A stretch of DNA of 62,048 nt, the filler included. It is 8 parts of 8 records of this genome, joined end to end, with 100 filler letters (N's around TTAATTAATTAA, not from the genome) between each part and the next. Parts side by side here need not be neighbours in the genome. Positions count along the whole stretch, not along the records: positions 1 to 7,858 come from SRR31147125_44280; positions 7,959 to 13,142 come from SRR31147125_44384; 6 more parts are not named here. One strand, written 5' to 3'. Positions 1 through 9,967 of the stretch are shown piece after piece (within the stretch, counting starts at the first letter, position 1; each line of letters starts with the position of its first letter). The notes below the pieces were generated by a model. That model was not told where the DNA came from, ran no database searches, and saw only the letters and a list, made by a program, of their open reading frames with translations. The translations under genes and the position numbers were made by a program.

Positions 1-2
1 TT

Positions 3-641
3 TTCCTGATTGATCAGAATCCGGCATTTTGTCAGGGCATAATCCAGAAAAGAATCGTAGCGATCAAGATGATCGGGAGTAATGTTCAGCAATACGGCCA
101 CATTAGGACGGAAATCTTTGGTGGTCTCAAGTTGGAATGAGCTGACCTCGGTTACATACATGGGATGCTCACCGCTGACAATAGCGGTATAAACCGCTTG
201 AGAGAAAGAATGACCGATATTTCCGCAGGCAACTGCAGGAATGCCGGATTTTTCCAGCATATCGGCGATCAGTGTTGTAGTCGTTGTTTTACCATTGGAT
301 CCCGTGACGGCAATAATGGGACTTTCGGAGAACCAGGAGGCGATCTCGATCTCTGAATAAACCGGAATATCGCGTTCGTTCAGCAGTTGGACAACAGGGG
401 ATGTAGTGGGAATGCCCGGACTTAAAATAACGAAATCCGATTCCAGGATCTTCCGGCTGTGTTGGCCGAATTCGTATTGAACGCCATGCTCATCAAAGAT
501 CTTGATCAGATCTTCTGAGCGTGCGCTTTCATTGCTGTCGCTCACCAGTACATTTGCCTCTTTGTTGGCAAGCAGGATAGCGGCTGAAATTCCGCTTCTG
601 CCGGCGCCCAATACTGTGATGTTTTTATCCCTGACTAACAT
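3..641 (-). CDS. murD: UDP-N-acetylmuramoyl-L-alanine--D-glutamate ligase, N-terminal part (runs off window start)
   Basis: Not in the ORF track. Manual translation from the ATG at 641 gives MLVRDKNITVLGAGRSGISAA..., then SPGIP, the P-loop AVTGSNGKTTT, AGNIG, EVSSFQLE and LNITPDHLDRY. Lies directly downstream of mraY. Confidence 0.95.
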   Translation of the reverse strand, partial: MLVRDKNITVLGAGRSGISAAILLANKEANVLVSDSNESARSEDLIKIFDEHGVQYEFGQHSRKILESDFVILSPGIPTTSPVVQLLNERDIPVYSEIEIASWFSESPIIAVTGSNGKTTTTTLIADMLEKSGIPAVACGNIGHSFSQAVYTAIVSGEHPMYVTEVSSFQLETTKDFRPNVAVLLNITPDHLDRYDSFLDYALTKCRILINQE

Positions 642-663
642 GTTTTCCCTAATCTTGCGTTCT

Positions 664-713
664 ATTAACCTTCAACTTTCAACCTTCAACTATCAACTAT
701 CAACTATCAACTA
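664..713. repeat. 7-bp tandem repeat (WTCAACY, six clean copies at 671-712) between mraY and murD
   Basis: ttcaact-ttcaacc-ttcaact-atcaact-atcaact-atcaact, overlapping the mraY stop codon. Confidence 0.9.
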
Positions 714-1814
714 TCTTATCTTGAACGTTGCCATTGACATCAAGGCACAAAGTATGCCCATGATCCAGAAACGAATGACCACTTTGCTTTCCGGCCAACC
801 TTTTTGCTCAAAATGATGGTGCAAAGGTGCCATTCTTAATAGGCGTTTACCCGTTCCTGTTCTGCGCTTTGTATGTCTGAACCAGCCTACCTGAAGTACA
901 ACACTCAGTGCTTCGATAACGAAGACCAAGCCGATCATCAGAAAGACGATCTCTTTTTTAAGAAGAATTGCGATGGTACCCAATGCGGCACCATAAGCCA
1001 ATGATCCCGTGTCTCCCATAAAAACTTCAGCGGGACGGGAATTGAACCAGAGGAATCCGACTAAACCACCGACCATTGCTGCCAGAAAAACCGTTAACTC
1101 ACCGGTTGTCGGCAAATAAAGAATGCCCAAATATTCGGAAAAGTCAACACGACCAGATAGATAGGCGATACCCAGTAATACGAAAGAAGCCAAAGCCATC
1201 AGACCGGCCGCCAGTCCGTCAAGCCCATCAGACAAATTAACGGCGTTAGAAAATCCTGTAATGTAAAGGATGACCATTGGTGCATAGAAAATGCCGAAGT
1301 TGATCATAACATGTTTGAAAAAAGGCACGGAAGTTGCAGTGATCATATTCGGGTCGGAAGGGTAGAGGTACATGAAAAGTGCAACTAGGATACCGATAAC
1401 GACCTGTCCGATCAACTTGTACTTGGCAACAAGTCCGCTTTTTAATTTTTTAACGACTTTAAGATAATCGTCGATAAATCCGATGGCACCCATCCAAAAA
1501 GTGACGAACATCGTGAGTAAAACGTATTTATTGCTCAAGTCGCCCCAAAGCAATGTAGGAACAAATACCGATGAATGGATGATCAATCCGCCCATAGTAG
1601 GAGTTCCGGCTTTAGCGTGGTGAGTTTCCGGACCTGTATCGCGAATGGTTTCACCGATATGATGGCGTTTTAAGGCGCGAATGATCACGGGACCGAGGAA
1701 AAAGGAGATCAATAGGGCTGTGATGGCCGCTGCGGCCGCACGAAAAGAAATATAGCCCAGCATGTTCAACCATGTGATCTGATCGCGTAATGGATATAGC
1801 AAAAGATATAACAT
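711..1814 (-). CDS. mraY: Phospho-N-acetylmuramoyl-pentapeptide transferase
   Basis: Motifs KAGTPTMGG, GFIDDYLK, NAVNLSDGLDGLA, FMGDTGSL, MAPLHHHFE. Multi-TM protein in dcw context. Confidence 0.98.
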   Translation of the reverse strand: MLYLLLYPLRDQITWLNMLGYISFRAAAAAITALLISFFLGPVIIRALKRHHIGETIRDTGPETHHAKAGTPTMGGLIIHSSVFVPTLLWGDLSNKYVLLTMFVTFWMGAIGFIDDYLKVVKKLKSGLVAKYKLIGQVVIGILVALFMYLYPSDPNMITATSVPFFKHVMINFGIFYAPMVILYITGFSNAVNLSDGLDGLAAGLMALASFVLLGIAYLSGRVDFSEYLGILYLPTTGELTVFLAAMVGGLVGFLWFNSRPAEVFMGDTGSLAYGAALGTIAILLKKEIVFLMIGLVFVIEALSVVLQVGWFRHTKRRTGTGKRLLRMAPLHHHFEQKGWPESKVVIRFWIMGILCALMSMATFKIR

Positions 1815-1815
1815 A

Positions 1816-3162
1816 CTACATATCCTTCAATAGGGAGATGACCTCTTCAATGGCGACGCCGCGCGATCCTTTGAAGAGGACAATATCCCCGGGTTTTAAC
1901 TGCGAAGCCAATGCTTCGACCAGTTCTTGTTTGGTCTCGAAATGTTCACTGTAGGCAATGCCGGCAACTTTAGCGGATGCTTGGGTAAAACGACTGTCAT
2001 TTCCATAGCAAAATAAGTGGGAAATTCCAGCTTTAAGCACTTTTTCACCTACTGTTTCATGCGAAGAACGGGCTTCTGATCCCATTTCCAGCATATCTCC
2101 GAAGACCATCATCTTCTTACTCTCACTTCTCATTGCTCCAAGAGCCTCAATTGCATTTTTTACCGAGAATGGATTGGCGTTATAGGTATCATCGATAAGT
2201 GTAATATCTTTCCATATCTCCATTTTACCGCGTCCGGCTCCGGCTTCGTAAGTCTCTATAGCGGAAATGATCTCATCAGAGCCCATTCCCAATGATGTGG
2301 CAAAGGCATAACACGCTACGGCGTTCAAAGCGGCGCCTTTTCCACTGCTATTTAAATGTATAATTTTGTCCCCAACTGAAAGAACGTAACATCCCTTTTC
2401 GTCGATGTGATCGATGTCCAGTTTAACATCGGCAGCTTTTTCAAGTCCGTATGTGATCCGCTTCCGTTCATCCATCGGATATTTGGATACTCTGGGATCA
2501 TCATTGTTAATGAATAAGGTTCCATTTTCTTTTACAGCATTCAGAAGCTCGTATTTGGCGATCTGAACATTCTCGATGGATCCCATGCCACCGATATGGG
2601 CATGTGCAATGGAGGTGATCATACCGAAATCCGGTTGAACGATCTTGCATAATGCTTCGATCTCTCCAATCCCGGAGGTGCCCATTTCTATGACCGCAAT
2701 ATCTTCTTTGCCTGTCATACCAAGAAGGGTGATCGGCAAACCGATGTGGTTATTAAAGTTTTTGGGCGTTTCGGCAACCGTCATTTTTGTTCTCAGTACA
2801 TGCGAGATCAATCGGCGCGTTGAGGTTTTTCCTGCAGATCCCGTGATCGCCAGGATGGGCATGCTTAATTCTTTGGTGTAGAGACTTGCCATATCAACAA
2901 GGCCTTGATAGGTGTCATCCACAATAATAAGTGCTTCATCCTGTCCCGCGGTTTTTGCATAATTTTGACTGACCAATGCGGCGACAGCTCCGTTTTGTAA
3001 AGCTTTGGTCACAAAACGATGTCCATCGGTATGCTCACCTTTCAGTGCGCAGAAAATATGACCGGCAGGGATATTCCGGGAATCAATGCTGACGCCCGTG
3101 AATGCCTCTGCGCTGACATTGCGCAGTTGAAAGGGACCGTGATGTAATTGTTTCATCATCAT
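1816..3162 (-). CDS. murF: UDP-N-acetylmuramoyl-tripeptide--D-alanyl-D-alanine ligase
   Basis: Motifs IDSR, ITGSAGKTST, NFNNHIGLP, DDTYNANP, GDMLEMG, KGSRG. Confidence 0.96.
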   Translation of the reverse strand: MMMKQLHHGPFQLRNVSAEAFTGVSIDSRNIPAGHIFCALKGEHTDGHRFVTKALQNGAVAALVSQNYAKTAGQDEALIIVDDTYQGLVDMASLYTKELSMPILAITGSAGKTSTRRLISHVLRTKMTVAETPKNFNNHIGLPITLLGMTGKEDIAVIEMGTSGIGEIEALCKIVQPDFGMITSIAHAHIGGMGSIENVQIAKYELLNAVKENGTLFINNDDPRVSKYPMDERKRITYGLEKAADVKLDIDHIDEKGCYVLSVGDKIIHLNSSGKGAALNAVACYAFATSLGMGSDEIISAIETYEAGAGRGKMEIWKDITLIDDTYNANPFSVKNAIEALGAMRSESKKMMVFGDMLEMGSEARSSHETVGEKVLKAGISHLFCYGNDSRFTQASAKVAGIAYSEHFETKQELVEALASQLKPGDIVLFKGSRGVAIEEVISLLKDM

Positions 3163-3173
3163 CGTTTTTAGGA

Positions 3174-3207
3174 ACCCCGGAACTGAGAGGGCTCTCAGCT
3201 CCGGGGT
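3174..3207 (-). other. Strong GC-rich hairpin in the murE-murF spacer
   Basis: mRNA sense ACCCCGGAGCUGAGA-GCCC-UCUCAGUUCCGGGGU: 15-bp stem with one G-U pair and no U-tract after it. Confidence 0.85.
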
Positions 3208-3219
3208 GGTAGAGGGTTT

Positions 3220-4668
3220 CTAGTTCTTTTGCTCCAGCTTAAGCATGATTTCTTTATCGTTAAAAGGCAGATTCTCGCCCTTTACTTCCATGTATGTTTC
3301 CGCTCCTTTGCCCAGGATCATCAAAATGTCGCCGGGTTTGGAATTTTTCCAGGCTTTTTCAATCGCTTTTTCACGATCAAGACAGATCTCGACCGTATTT
3401 TTATTATTAATTCCTTCTAAGATCGCTTCAGCAATGATCTGCGGTTCTTCATTGCGCGGATTGTCGTTCGTGATAATGATCTTATCCGAATATTTTTCTG
3501 CAACAGCACCCATCAATGGACGTTTTGCTTTATCGCGATCACCACCGCAACCGAAAACCGTGATAAGATTTTTACGATTATCAAGTTCAGACGCCGCTTT
3601 TAATGCTTTTTCCATAGCATCTGGAGTATGCGCGTAATCGATCACAGCTGTTGCTTTGGTTGTTCTGACCATTTCCATGCGTCCTGCCACCGGTTCAAAA
3701 GGAAAATCATTCAAATCAAGCAAACCGGGATATATATATTCCCAGCAAGCAATACTTCCTGCTATGTTCTCGGCATTGAATTTGCCCAAGAGGGGAGCGT
3801 TGACGTTGATCTTGCCATTTGGTGTATTCATTGTGCCATGAATGCCATTCACATTCACGCTCAATTCATCAAAATGATAATCGGCATATCGATTGTCTAC
3901 GGCGTAGGTGATCTTGCCGATCATGAGCTCTTTGTTCAGGCGCCGGCCATATTCGTCGTCAATATTAATGATCGCGCGGGCGCCGGGTTTCATTTGCTCA
4001 AAGAGCTTGGCTTTAGCTTTATAATATTCTTCCATGTCTTTATGAAAATCAAGATGGTCTTGAGTCAGATTTGTGAACATGGCCGCATCGTAACGCAGAC
4101 TGTGTACTCGAAATAACTCGATAGCGTGTGAGGATACTTCCATGAATAGAGATGTAACGCCCAGATTATCAAGATCATAGAAAGTATTGGCAAGATCGGG
4201 ACTTTCGGGTGTTGTGCGCGAGCCTTGGATCAATCCGTCTTGGGTTTTTATGCCCAGTGTACCGATCAATGCCGGAGTACGACCGGCTTTTTCAGCCAGT
4301 TGATAGAGTAAATGCGTCACGGTGGTTTTGCCGTTCGTGCCGGTAATGCCCGCAACTTCAAAATTATTGTATTCGCAACCCCAGAATCCGAATGATATCT
4401 CGGCCATGGCTCTACGCGTATCCTTTGCAACGATCTGCGTCATGCCGTTCTCAATAGGATGCTCAACCAGTAAAGCGGCAGCACCATTCTTAATGGCCTG
4501 CGGGATGTGATCATGTCCGTCACTTTTAAAACCTTTGATGGCGACAAAAAGCGAGCCCTCGCGTACCTGCCGTGAATCGTATGTGATATGCGAAACTTGC
4601 AGATCTTCACCATAAACCTGGTAGGGGAGTTGTAAAAATGGTAGAAGTTTTGAGATATATTTTTTCAT
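3220..4668 (-). CDS. murE: UDP-N-acetylmuramoyl-L-alanyl-D-glutamate--2,6-diaminopimelate ligase
   Basis: Motifs GITGTNGKTT, MEVSSH, NLTQDHLDFH, DYAHTPDA, FGCGGDRD and DNPR (meso-DAP-type specificity). Start placed at 4668: GGAGGTG RBS and ATGA overlap with the ftsI stop. Confidence 0.97.
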   Translation of the reverse strand: MKKYISKLLPFLQLPYQVYGEDLQVSHITYDSRQVREGSLFVAIKGFKSDGHDHIPQAIKNGAAALLVEHPIENGMTQIVAKDTRRAMAEISFGFWGCEYNNFEVAGITGTNGKTTVTHLLYQLAEKAGRTPALIGTLGIKTQDGLIQGSRTTPESPDLANTFYDLDNLGVTSLFMEVSSHAIELFRVHSLRYDAAMFTNLTQDHLDFHKDMEEYYKAKAKLFEQMKPGARAIINIDDEYGRRLNKELMIGKITYAVDNRYADYHFDELSVNVNGIHGTMNTPNGKINVNAPLLGKFNAENIAGSIACWEYIYPGLLDLNDFPFEPVAGRMEMVRTTKATAVIDYAHTPDAMEKALKAASELDNRKNLITVFGCGGDRDKAKRPLMGAVAEKYSDKIIITNDNPRNEEPQIIAEAILEGINNKNTVEICLDREKAIEKAWKNSKPGDILMILGKGAETYMEVKGENLPFNDKEIMLKLEQKN

Positions 4669-6758
4669 GATCCCACCTCCAGGCGACAAAGCTCACCCTT
4701 CTTTAAATAGGAACCGGGAACCGGGATCTGGTATTTTACTCTTCCGCGCTCGGAATTAAATTCTACTTCGAGACCGAATTTCTTAAGCTTTCTTTCCGCG
4801 TTCAATACGTGCAATCCTCTTACATCCGGCATGACAATATCATAATCATCGGGATCACCGGTTTTAACTAAATCTTTAAACTCGGATTTATCCTCAATCT
4901 TGACCTTGGACTTATTCTCGATTTCAGCCTTTACCTTATTATCCAAACCGTCTTCGGTCTTGTTATCAGAATGTAGGATCGACATAAGCGGATTTGATTT
5001 TTTTCTTTTACTTTCGCTAATAGGTTCTTCTTTGATCTCTATTTTCTTGATCGCCGGGTAATCTCTAAAGAAATTTGGTGTATTAATAATACGTGTAAAT
5101 GTGTTTTTTACAGGTGGAGCCGCACAAGTACCGCCGTGGTGCATGCCTATCTGAGGTTCATCTATGGCAACCCCGCATAGCAATACGGGATCGTCAGACG
5201 GGAAAAAACCAATGAATGATGAATAATATTTTCTATCCGAATATTTGCCGTCTTCAGGTTTCTGGGCTGTGCCTGTTTTACCTGCGACGTGATAACCTTT
5301 GATCCGTGCGCGTTTGGCAGTACCCTCTGTGACAACACCTTCCATAATAGCGCATAATGTTTGGGCGGTTTCAGAGGAGATGACCTGACGCACAGGCGAT
5401 CTGTCGAATGATTCCTGGATTTTGCCTTTGTCATTGTAAGTATTGGTCACAAGGTAAGGTTTTAACAATGTGCCGCCATTGGCGATAGCTGAGTATGCCG
5501 CCATCATTTGCATCATGGTAACTGCCACTCCCTGGCCCATGGCGATCTGAGTATGATCGATGGCACTCCAATCCTTGGTTTTTCTTAAGGTGCCGCCCAA
5601 TTCTCCCCAAAGTCCTACTGCTGTCGGCTCACCAAAGCCAAATTTCCTTGAAAGGTCGTAAAGTGTTTGATTGCCAACCTGTTCTGCGATCTTGCCGGCA
5701 CCGATATTGGATGAATAGATCATAACTTCTTCAACACTTAGCCATTCATGTTCTTTTGTATCACCGATCACGCGGTCGTGAACTTTCCAGGTTCCTTTTT
5801 CACAATAAACCTGTGAAGTGGGTGAGAGTACATTGTTTTCAAAGGCTGCAGCAAGGGGTAAGAATTTATAAATTGAGCCCGGCTCGAACTGATCGGCAAT
5901 AACTCTGTTGCGACGACTTGCATTTGTAGACGTGCGAACTTTATTGGGATTAAATACCGGATAATTTGCCATGGCCAATACTTCGCCGGTCTTGGGATCC
6001 ATGATGACAGCCATGCCGCTTATACCGTCGCTTTTTTCAACGGCTCTTGCCAATTCTTCTTCCAGAATGACCTGATACTTAACATCAATTGTCAATTTTA
6101 TATTTCCGCCATGAACGGCGTCTTGTTTATTGGAATTCTGAAGTGTAATGATCTCTCCGCGCTTATCGCTTTGGATCCTCTGAAAACCCTTAATTCCTTT
6201 TAAATGTTTATCATAGTATTTTTCAAGTCCGGTTTGTGCCGTGCCGTCGTTTGAAAGGAATCCGATCAGTTGTCCGGCAGCATCCTGGTAAGGATATATT
6301 CGACTCATCTTTTTATCATATTTTAGCCCGAAACATGCTTTATGATTGCGTAATTCACTTACGATCTCTGGACGAACTTGCGTTTCAAGCATATAGAAAG
6401 ATGATTCTTTTTTAAATTTTGAGCGATAGAATTCAGGTGTTTTGTCAAAGACTTTTGCCAGTACTTTATAACAATTTTCAGGTTCAAGAAGATCAATAAA
6501 CCTGGCGCCAATATTGTATTCTATCACATTACTTGCCAGGATCTTGTCATTTCTGTCAAGGATCATACCACGTTCGGGAAGTATTTCCTCGTTTCGCATT
6601 CCCTGAGAATCCGCATAACCTCTAAGACCTACCGAATCAAAGAGCTGAATACCGGCTAAACGCACCATAACCACCCCGACGAATACCAGGGTGATGATCA
6701 TCACTATTCCAACACGGAATGAGTAGGGGTCACGTGGTTTGTTCATTTCTTCGATCAT
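4665..6758 (-). CDS. ftsI: Class B penicillin-binding protein (FtsI/PBP3) with C-terminal PASTA domain
   Basis: N-terminal TM, RGMILDRN, EPGSIYK (SxxK), SSN, KTGTAQ. The tail MPDVRGLH...VKYQIP is PASTA-like. Confidence 0.95.
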   Translation of the reverse strand: MIEEMNKPRDPYSFRVGIVMIITLVFVGVVMVRLAGIQLFDSVGLRGYADSQGMRNEEILPERGMILDRNDKILASNVIEYNIGARFIDLLEPENCYKVLAKVFDKTPEFYRSKFKKESSFYMLETQVRPEIVSELRNHKACFGLKYDKKMSRIYPYQDAAGQLIGFLSNDGTAQTGLEKYYDKHLKGIKGFQRIQSDKRGEIITLQNSNKQDAVHGGNIKLTIDVKYQVILEEELARAVEKSDGISGMAVIMDPKTGEVLAMANYPVFNPNKVRTSTNASRRNRVIADQFEPGSIYKFLPLAAAFENNVLSPTSQVYCEKGTWKVHDRVIGDTKEHEWLSVEEVMIYSSNIGAGKIAEQVGNQTLYDLSRKFGFGEPTAVGLWGELGGTLRKTKDWSAIDHTQIAMGQGVAVTMMQMMAAYSAIANGGTLLKPYLVTNTYNDKGKIQESFDRSPVRQVISSETAQTLCAIMEGVVTEGTAKRARIKGYHVAGKTGTAQKPEDGKYSDRKYYSSFIGFFPSDDPVLLCGVAIDEPQIGMHHGGTCAAPPVKNTFTRIINTPNFFRDYPAIKKIEIKEEPISESKRKKSNPLMSILHSDNKTEDGLDNKVKAEIENKSKVKIEDKSEFKDLVKTGDPDDYDIVMPDVRGLHVLNAERKLKKFGLEVEFNSERGRVKYQIPVPGSYLKKGELCRLEVGS

Positions 6759-7081
6759 TTTCTTTTCTTTACAAATATAGCTTCGGCTTGTGGCGTTGAG
6801 TTTACAAGTCCCAAACGCTCATGAGCAAGTTCTTGAATGTATCCCGGCCTGGAAAGATAGATGATCTCGGTTTCAAGATAAAGGATGTCCTGTTGCAGTT
6901 GGGCGTTATTGCTTTTCATTGTCAGATTTCTTACGATGAGTGCATCGAGACCATTTTTGACATATGTATATCCTACTACACTAGCAGTAAAAACCAACAT
7001 CAAGAGAATAAGAAAGAAGAACTTATTCTCGATCAACTTCTTTTTGTTTACGTCATGTTGATTTTTTACTTTTGCGCTCAT
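6755..7081 (-). CDS. ftsL: Cell division protein FtsL
   Basis: Small protein with one TM and a coiled coil (LSRPGYIQELAHERLGL) between rsmH and ftsI, with ATGA overlaps at both ends. Confidence 0.85.
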   Translation of the reverse strand: MSAKVKNQHDVNKKKLIENKFFFLILLMLVFTASVVGYTYVKNGLDALIVRNLTMKSNNAQLQQDILYLETEIIYLSRPGYIQELAHERLGLVNSTPQAEAIFVKKRK

Positions 7082-7857
7082 AGTTTTTCAATAACCCTGC
7101 ATTTTGCCGAACGGCTTCTGGGATTTCCTTTTATTTCTTCATCACTCGGGATGATAGGCTTTTTTGTTATTTTTTTTGCAATGGCTTTATGTTCGCAGAT
7201 GCAAACCGGTACTTCCGGTGGACAAATGCAATCGGTGACGGCTTCCTGGAAGAATTGTTTGACGATGCGGTCTTCCAGAGAATGAAATGAGATCACGACC
7301 ACGCGACCACCGGGATTTAACATATCCAAAGCGTCTTTTAAGCTCTTTTTGATGGAGTCAAGTTCATGGTTGACCTCAATACGTAATGCCTGAAAGATCC
7401 GGGCCAATGTTTTCGTTACATAAGGACCTTTTATAATACTTTTAATACAGTCAACGAGGGGGAGGGTGCGGTAGTAGGGACGGGTTTCCACAATAACCCT
7501 TGCAATACGACCGGAGAAACGTTCTTCGCCATATTCTCTGAAGATACTTGTCAGATCTTCGATGGAATAAGTGTTCACCACATCAGCTGCGGTCACATCC
7601 GTTTCGCCCATGCGCATATCCAAGGGTCCGTCCTGCATAAAAGAGAATCCGCGTTCCGGTGAATCGATCTCCATGGAAGAAACTCCGAGATCGTAAAGGA
7701 TGCCGTCAATATGTTCAACACCTTGTGCGAACAGGGACATTTTAAGTCTATCGTAATTATTATTAATAAAATGAACATTGCCGTGCTCTTTGAGCCGGTC
7801 TTTGGCATAAGCCTGTGCACGTGGATCCAGGTCGAACGTGTACAGACTGCCCTTGGG
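7078..7857 (-). CDS. rsmH: 16S rRNA m4C1402 methyltransferase, 5'-truncated by contig end
   Basis: The frame stays open upstream of the tracked ATG (...YTFDLDPRAQ...). Motifs DLGVSS, GPLDMRM, FQALRIEVN, ISFHSLEDRIVK, NPRSRSAK. Confidence 0.97.
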   Translation of the reverse strand, partial: PKGSLYTFDLDPRAQAYAKDRLKEHGNVHFINNNYDRLKMSLFAQGVEHIDGILYDLGVSSMEIDSPERGFSFMQDGPLDMRMGETDVTAADVVNTYSIEDLTSIFREYGEERFSGRIARVIVETRPYYRTLPLVDCIKSIIKGPYVTKTLARIFQALRIEVNHELDSIKKSLKDALDMLNPGGRVVVISFHSLEDRIVKQFFQEAVTDCICPPEVPVCICEHKAIAKKITKKPIIPSDEEIKGNPRSRSAKCRVIEKL

Positions 7858-7858
7858 G

Positions 7859-7958
7859 NNNNNNNNNNNNNNNNNNNNNNNNNNNNNNNNNNNNNNNNNN
7901 NNTTAATTAATTAANNNNNNNNNNNNNNNNNNNNNNNNNNNNNNNNNNNNNNNNNNNN
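7859..7958. other. Artificial contig spacer (N44-TTAATTAATTAA-N44)
   Basis: Identical 100-nt spacers also occur at 13143-13242, 20819-20918, 26445-26544, 36149-36248, 45640-45739 and 54106-54205. The 12-mer puts stops in all six frames, and genes are cut at these points. Confidence 0.99.
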
Positions 7959-7960
7959 AT

Positions 7961-8515
7961 GGATTGACATACTTTATTGCGGTCAGGGTTAACGTGCCTT
8001 ATGAAGATGGAAATCCATCCTATGGTCCCTTTATTTCTTTGAAAAGGGTAGGGAAAAAAGGCAATAAGATCAAAATCTATAAATTCCGAACAATGCATCC
8101 CTATTCTGAATATATTCAAGATTTTGTTTATGAGAAAAATGATCTTGCTAAAGGTGGTAAATTAAAAGATGATTTCAGAGTTACAGGGTGGGGAAGAGTA
8201 TTTAGAAAACTATGGATCGATGAATTACCACAAATAATCAACTTGATCCGAGGTGATATCAAGCTTGTAGGTGTCAGAGCTCTAAGTCCGCATTATTTAA
8301 GTTTATATCCGGAAGAATATCAGAAATATCGAAATAATTATAAACCCGGCTTGTTGCCACCCTTTTACGTTGATATGCCCGAAACCATGGATGAGATCGT
8401 TGCATCAGAAAGAAAATACCTTGAATCCTATTCAAAATATAAATTATTGACCGATATAAAGTATGCCTCAACTATTATGTTCAATATTATTTTTAGAGGT
8501 AAAAGAAGTTCATAA
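7961..8515 (+). CDS. Bacterial sugar transferase (priming phosphoglycosyltransferase family), 5'-truncated
   Basis: Motifs RVGKKG, IYKFRTM, DDFRVTGWG, RKLWIDELPQIINLIRGDIKLVGVR, KPGL. Confidence 0.92.
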   Translation, partial: GLTYFIAVRVNVPYEDGNPSYGPFISLKRVGKKGNKIKIYKFRTMHPYSEYIQDFVYEKNDLAKGGKLKDDFRVTGWGRVFRKLWIDELPQIINLIRGDIKLVGVRALSPHYLSLYPEEYQKYRNNYKPGLLPPFYVDMPETMDEIVASERKYLESYSKYKLLTDIKYASTIMFNIIFRGKRSS

Positions 8516-8516
8516 C

Positions 8517-9953
8517 ATGAAGATTAAATACAAGATCATCATTAATCTGGTATTATTGATCCCGGTAATTGCATTTGCCCAATTACATAATGATCTTGTA
8601 TATGAAAAAGCACTGATGATCGGTAAATATGATTGGAATGATACCTATCTACGGCAAAGTTCGGAATGTTTGACAAATGAAATGCTCGCGGATACTGGCA
8701 CATATATAAAACCCGGTGTACATGCCACTGCCTTGGTACAAAATTCACCAATTGATCCAAGCTGGAATTATAATGAATGGTTCCATGTTTCTGCAACTCC
8801 CATTTTGTATGGGAAGGGGAATGAGTATATTTCTTTTTATACAAGTGTTATGCTCCAAAATGCAAAAACCGATTATCTTGATCCAAGAAAGAGATATTTG
8901 GGTGAGAACGTTTCAGGATTTTGGATAGATTTTGAAGTCTCAAAAATACAATTCAAAAATAAGAATATTCTAGTGAAATTCGGTAGAGATTATTTTATGC
9001 CGGGAATGTATTTTTATGAAAGCATTCTATTCTCAAAGTATCAATATACTTATGATCAATTGTACGTTTCATATTTTAATAAAATACTGCAAGTGTCATC
9101 ATACTATTTAAGATTAAATGATATGGTATGGGAAAATGAGAGGTATTTACGCCATTTGAATGGACACCGTGTTTCATTCAATCTGGGTGATAATGGTTAT
9201 ATTGCGTTAAATGAACAGATTCTTTATACCGGTATCCAAAGACCTATAAATCCTGCTTTATTCAATCCTTTTCTGGTATATTATGCTTATCAAAGAAATG
9301 AAAATATTGAAGCCACGAATTCAATGTTATCCCTCGACTTTTTCTATCATTACAACAAATATTTTATTCATGGTGAATTTATTTTGGATGACTATATGGT
9401 TGATCATGAAAGATATTCCGATCTTGAACCGACAAAATTCGGTTTAAATATAACACTTGGTGTAAAGGATATTATACCGGGTCTGCATTGGAATATTAAT
9501 CATACTCAAATTGCCAACAGGGTATATAGTACACTTTTCCCGGAAAATAATTTAGAGCGTTTTTTACACGAAAATTTACCCATGGGTCATTATATGGGTT
9601 CCAATCTTTTTGAATGGAAAAGCACACTATCGTATTTTGAGAAAAAGTACAAGGGAGAGTTAAAATTTATTTACAGAGCTATGGGTGATGATGTTGTGTA
9701 TAGTCCTTATAATACAGACCATTTTCAAGGGCATGAATATAATGATCTATTGGAACCCGGTGCAGATTGGGATGAAAGTTTTCCTTATGTTTCCGATGGC
9801 AGCGAGCCTAGCGTATTTTGGGGTTTTGAAATGAATCATTACTATCAAGTACTTGATTATTTTGGCTTGAATTTAAAAGCTGCTTATTGGATTGAAAAAG
9901 GAGATCTTGAAAGTAGTTTTAATGTTACCGGGGGGATATATTTCAATTTTTAA
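8517..9953 (+). CDS. Outer-membrane beta-barrel, capsule assembly Wzi-like
   Basis: Signal peptide (MKIKYKIIINLVLLIPVIAFA), FGRD, LNGHR, GEFILDD, aromatic-rich sequence, C-terminal Phe (GGIYFNF). Polysaccharide locus context. Start placed just after the upstream stop. Confidence 0.65.
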   Translation: MKIKYKIIINLVLLIPVIAFAQLHNDLVYEKALMIGKYDWNDTYLRQSSECLTNEMLADTGTYIKPGVHATALVQNSPIDPSWNYNEWFHVSATPILYGKGNEYISFYTSVMLQNAKTDYLDPRKRYLGENVSGFWIDFEVSKIQFKNKNILVKFGRDYFMPGMYFYESILFSKYQYTYDQLYVSYFNKILQVSSYYLRLNDMVWENERYLRHLNGHRVSFNLGDNGYIALNEQILYTGIQRPINPALFNPFLVYYAYQRNENIEATNSMLSLDFFYHYNKYFIHGEFILDDYMVDHERYSDLEPTKFGLNITLGVKDIIPGLHWNINHTQIANRVYSTLFPENNLERFLHENLPMGHYMGSNLFEWKSTLSYFEKKYKGELKFIYRAMGDDVVYSPYNTDHFQGHEYNDLLEPGADWDESFPYVSDGSEPSVFWGFEMNHYYQVLDYFGLNLKAAYWIEKGDLESSFNVTGGIYFNF

Positions 9954-9967
9954 GAGATTATTCAATA

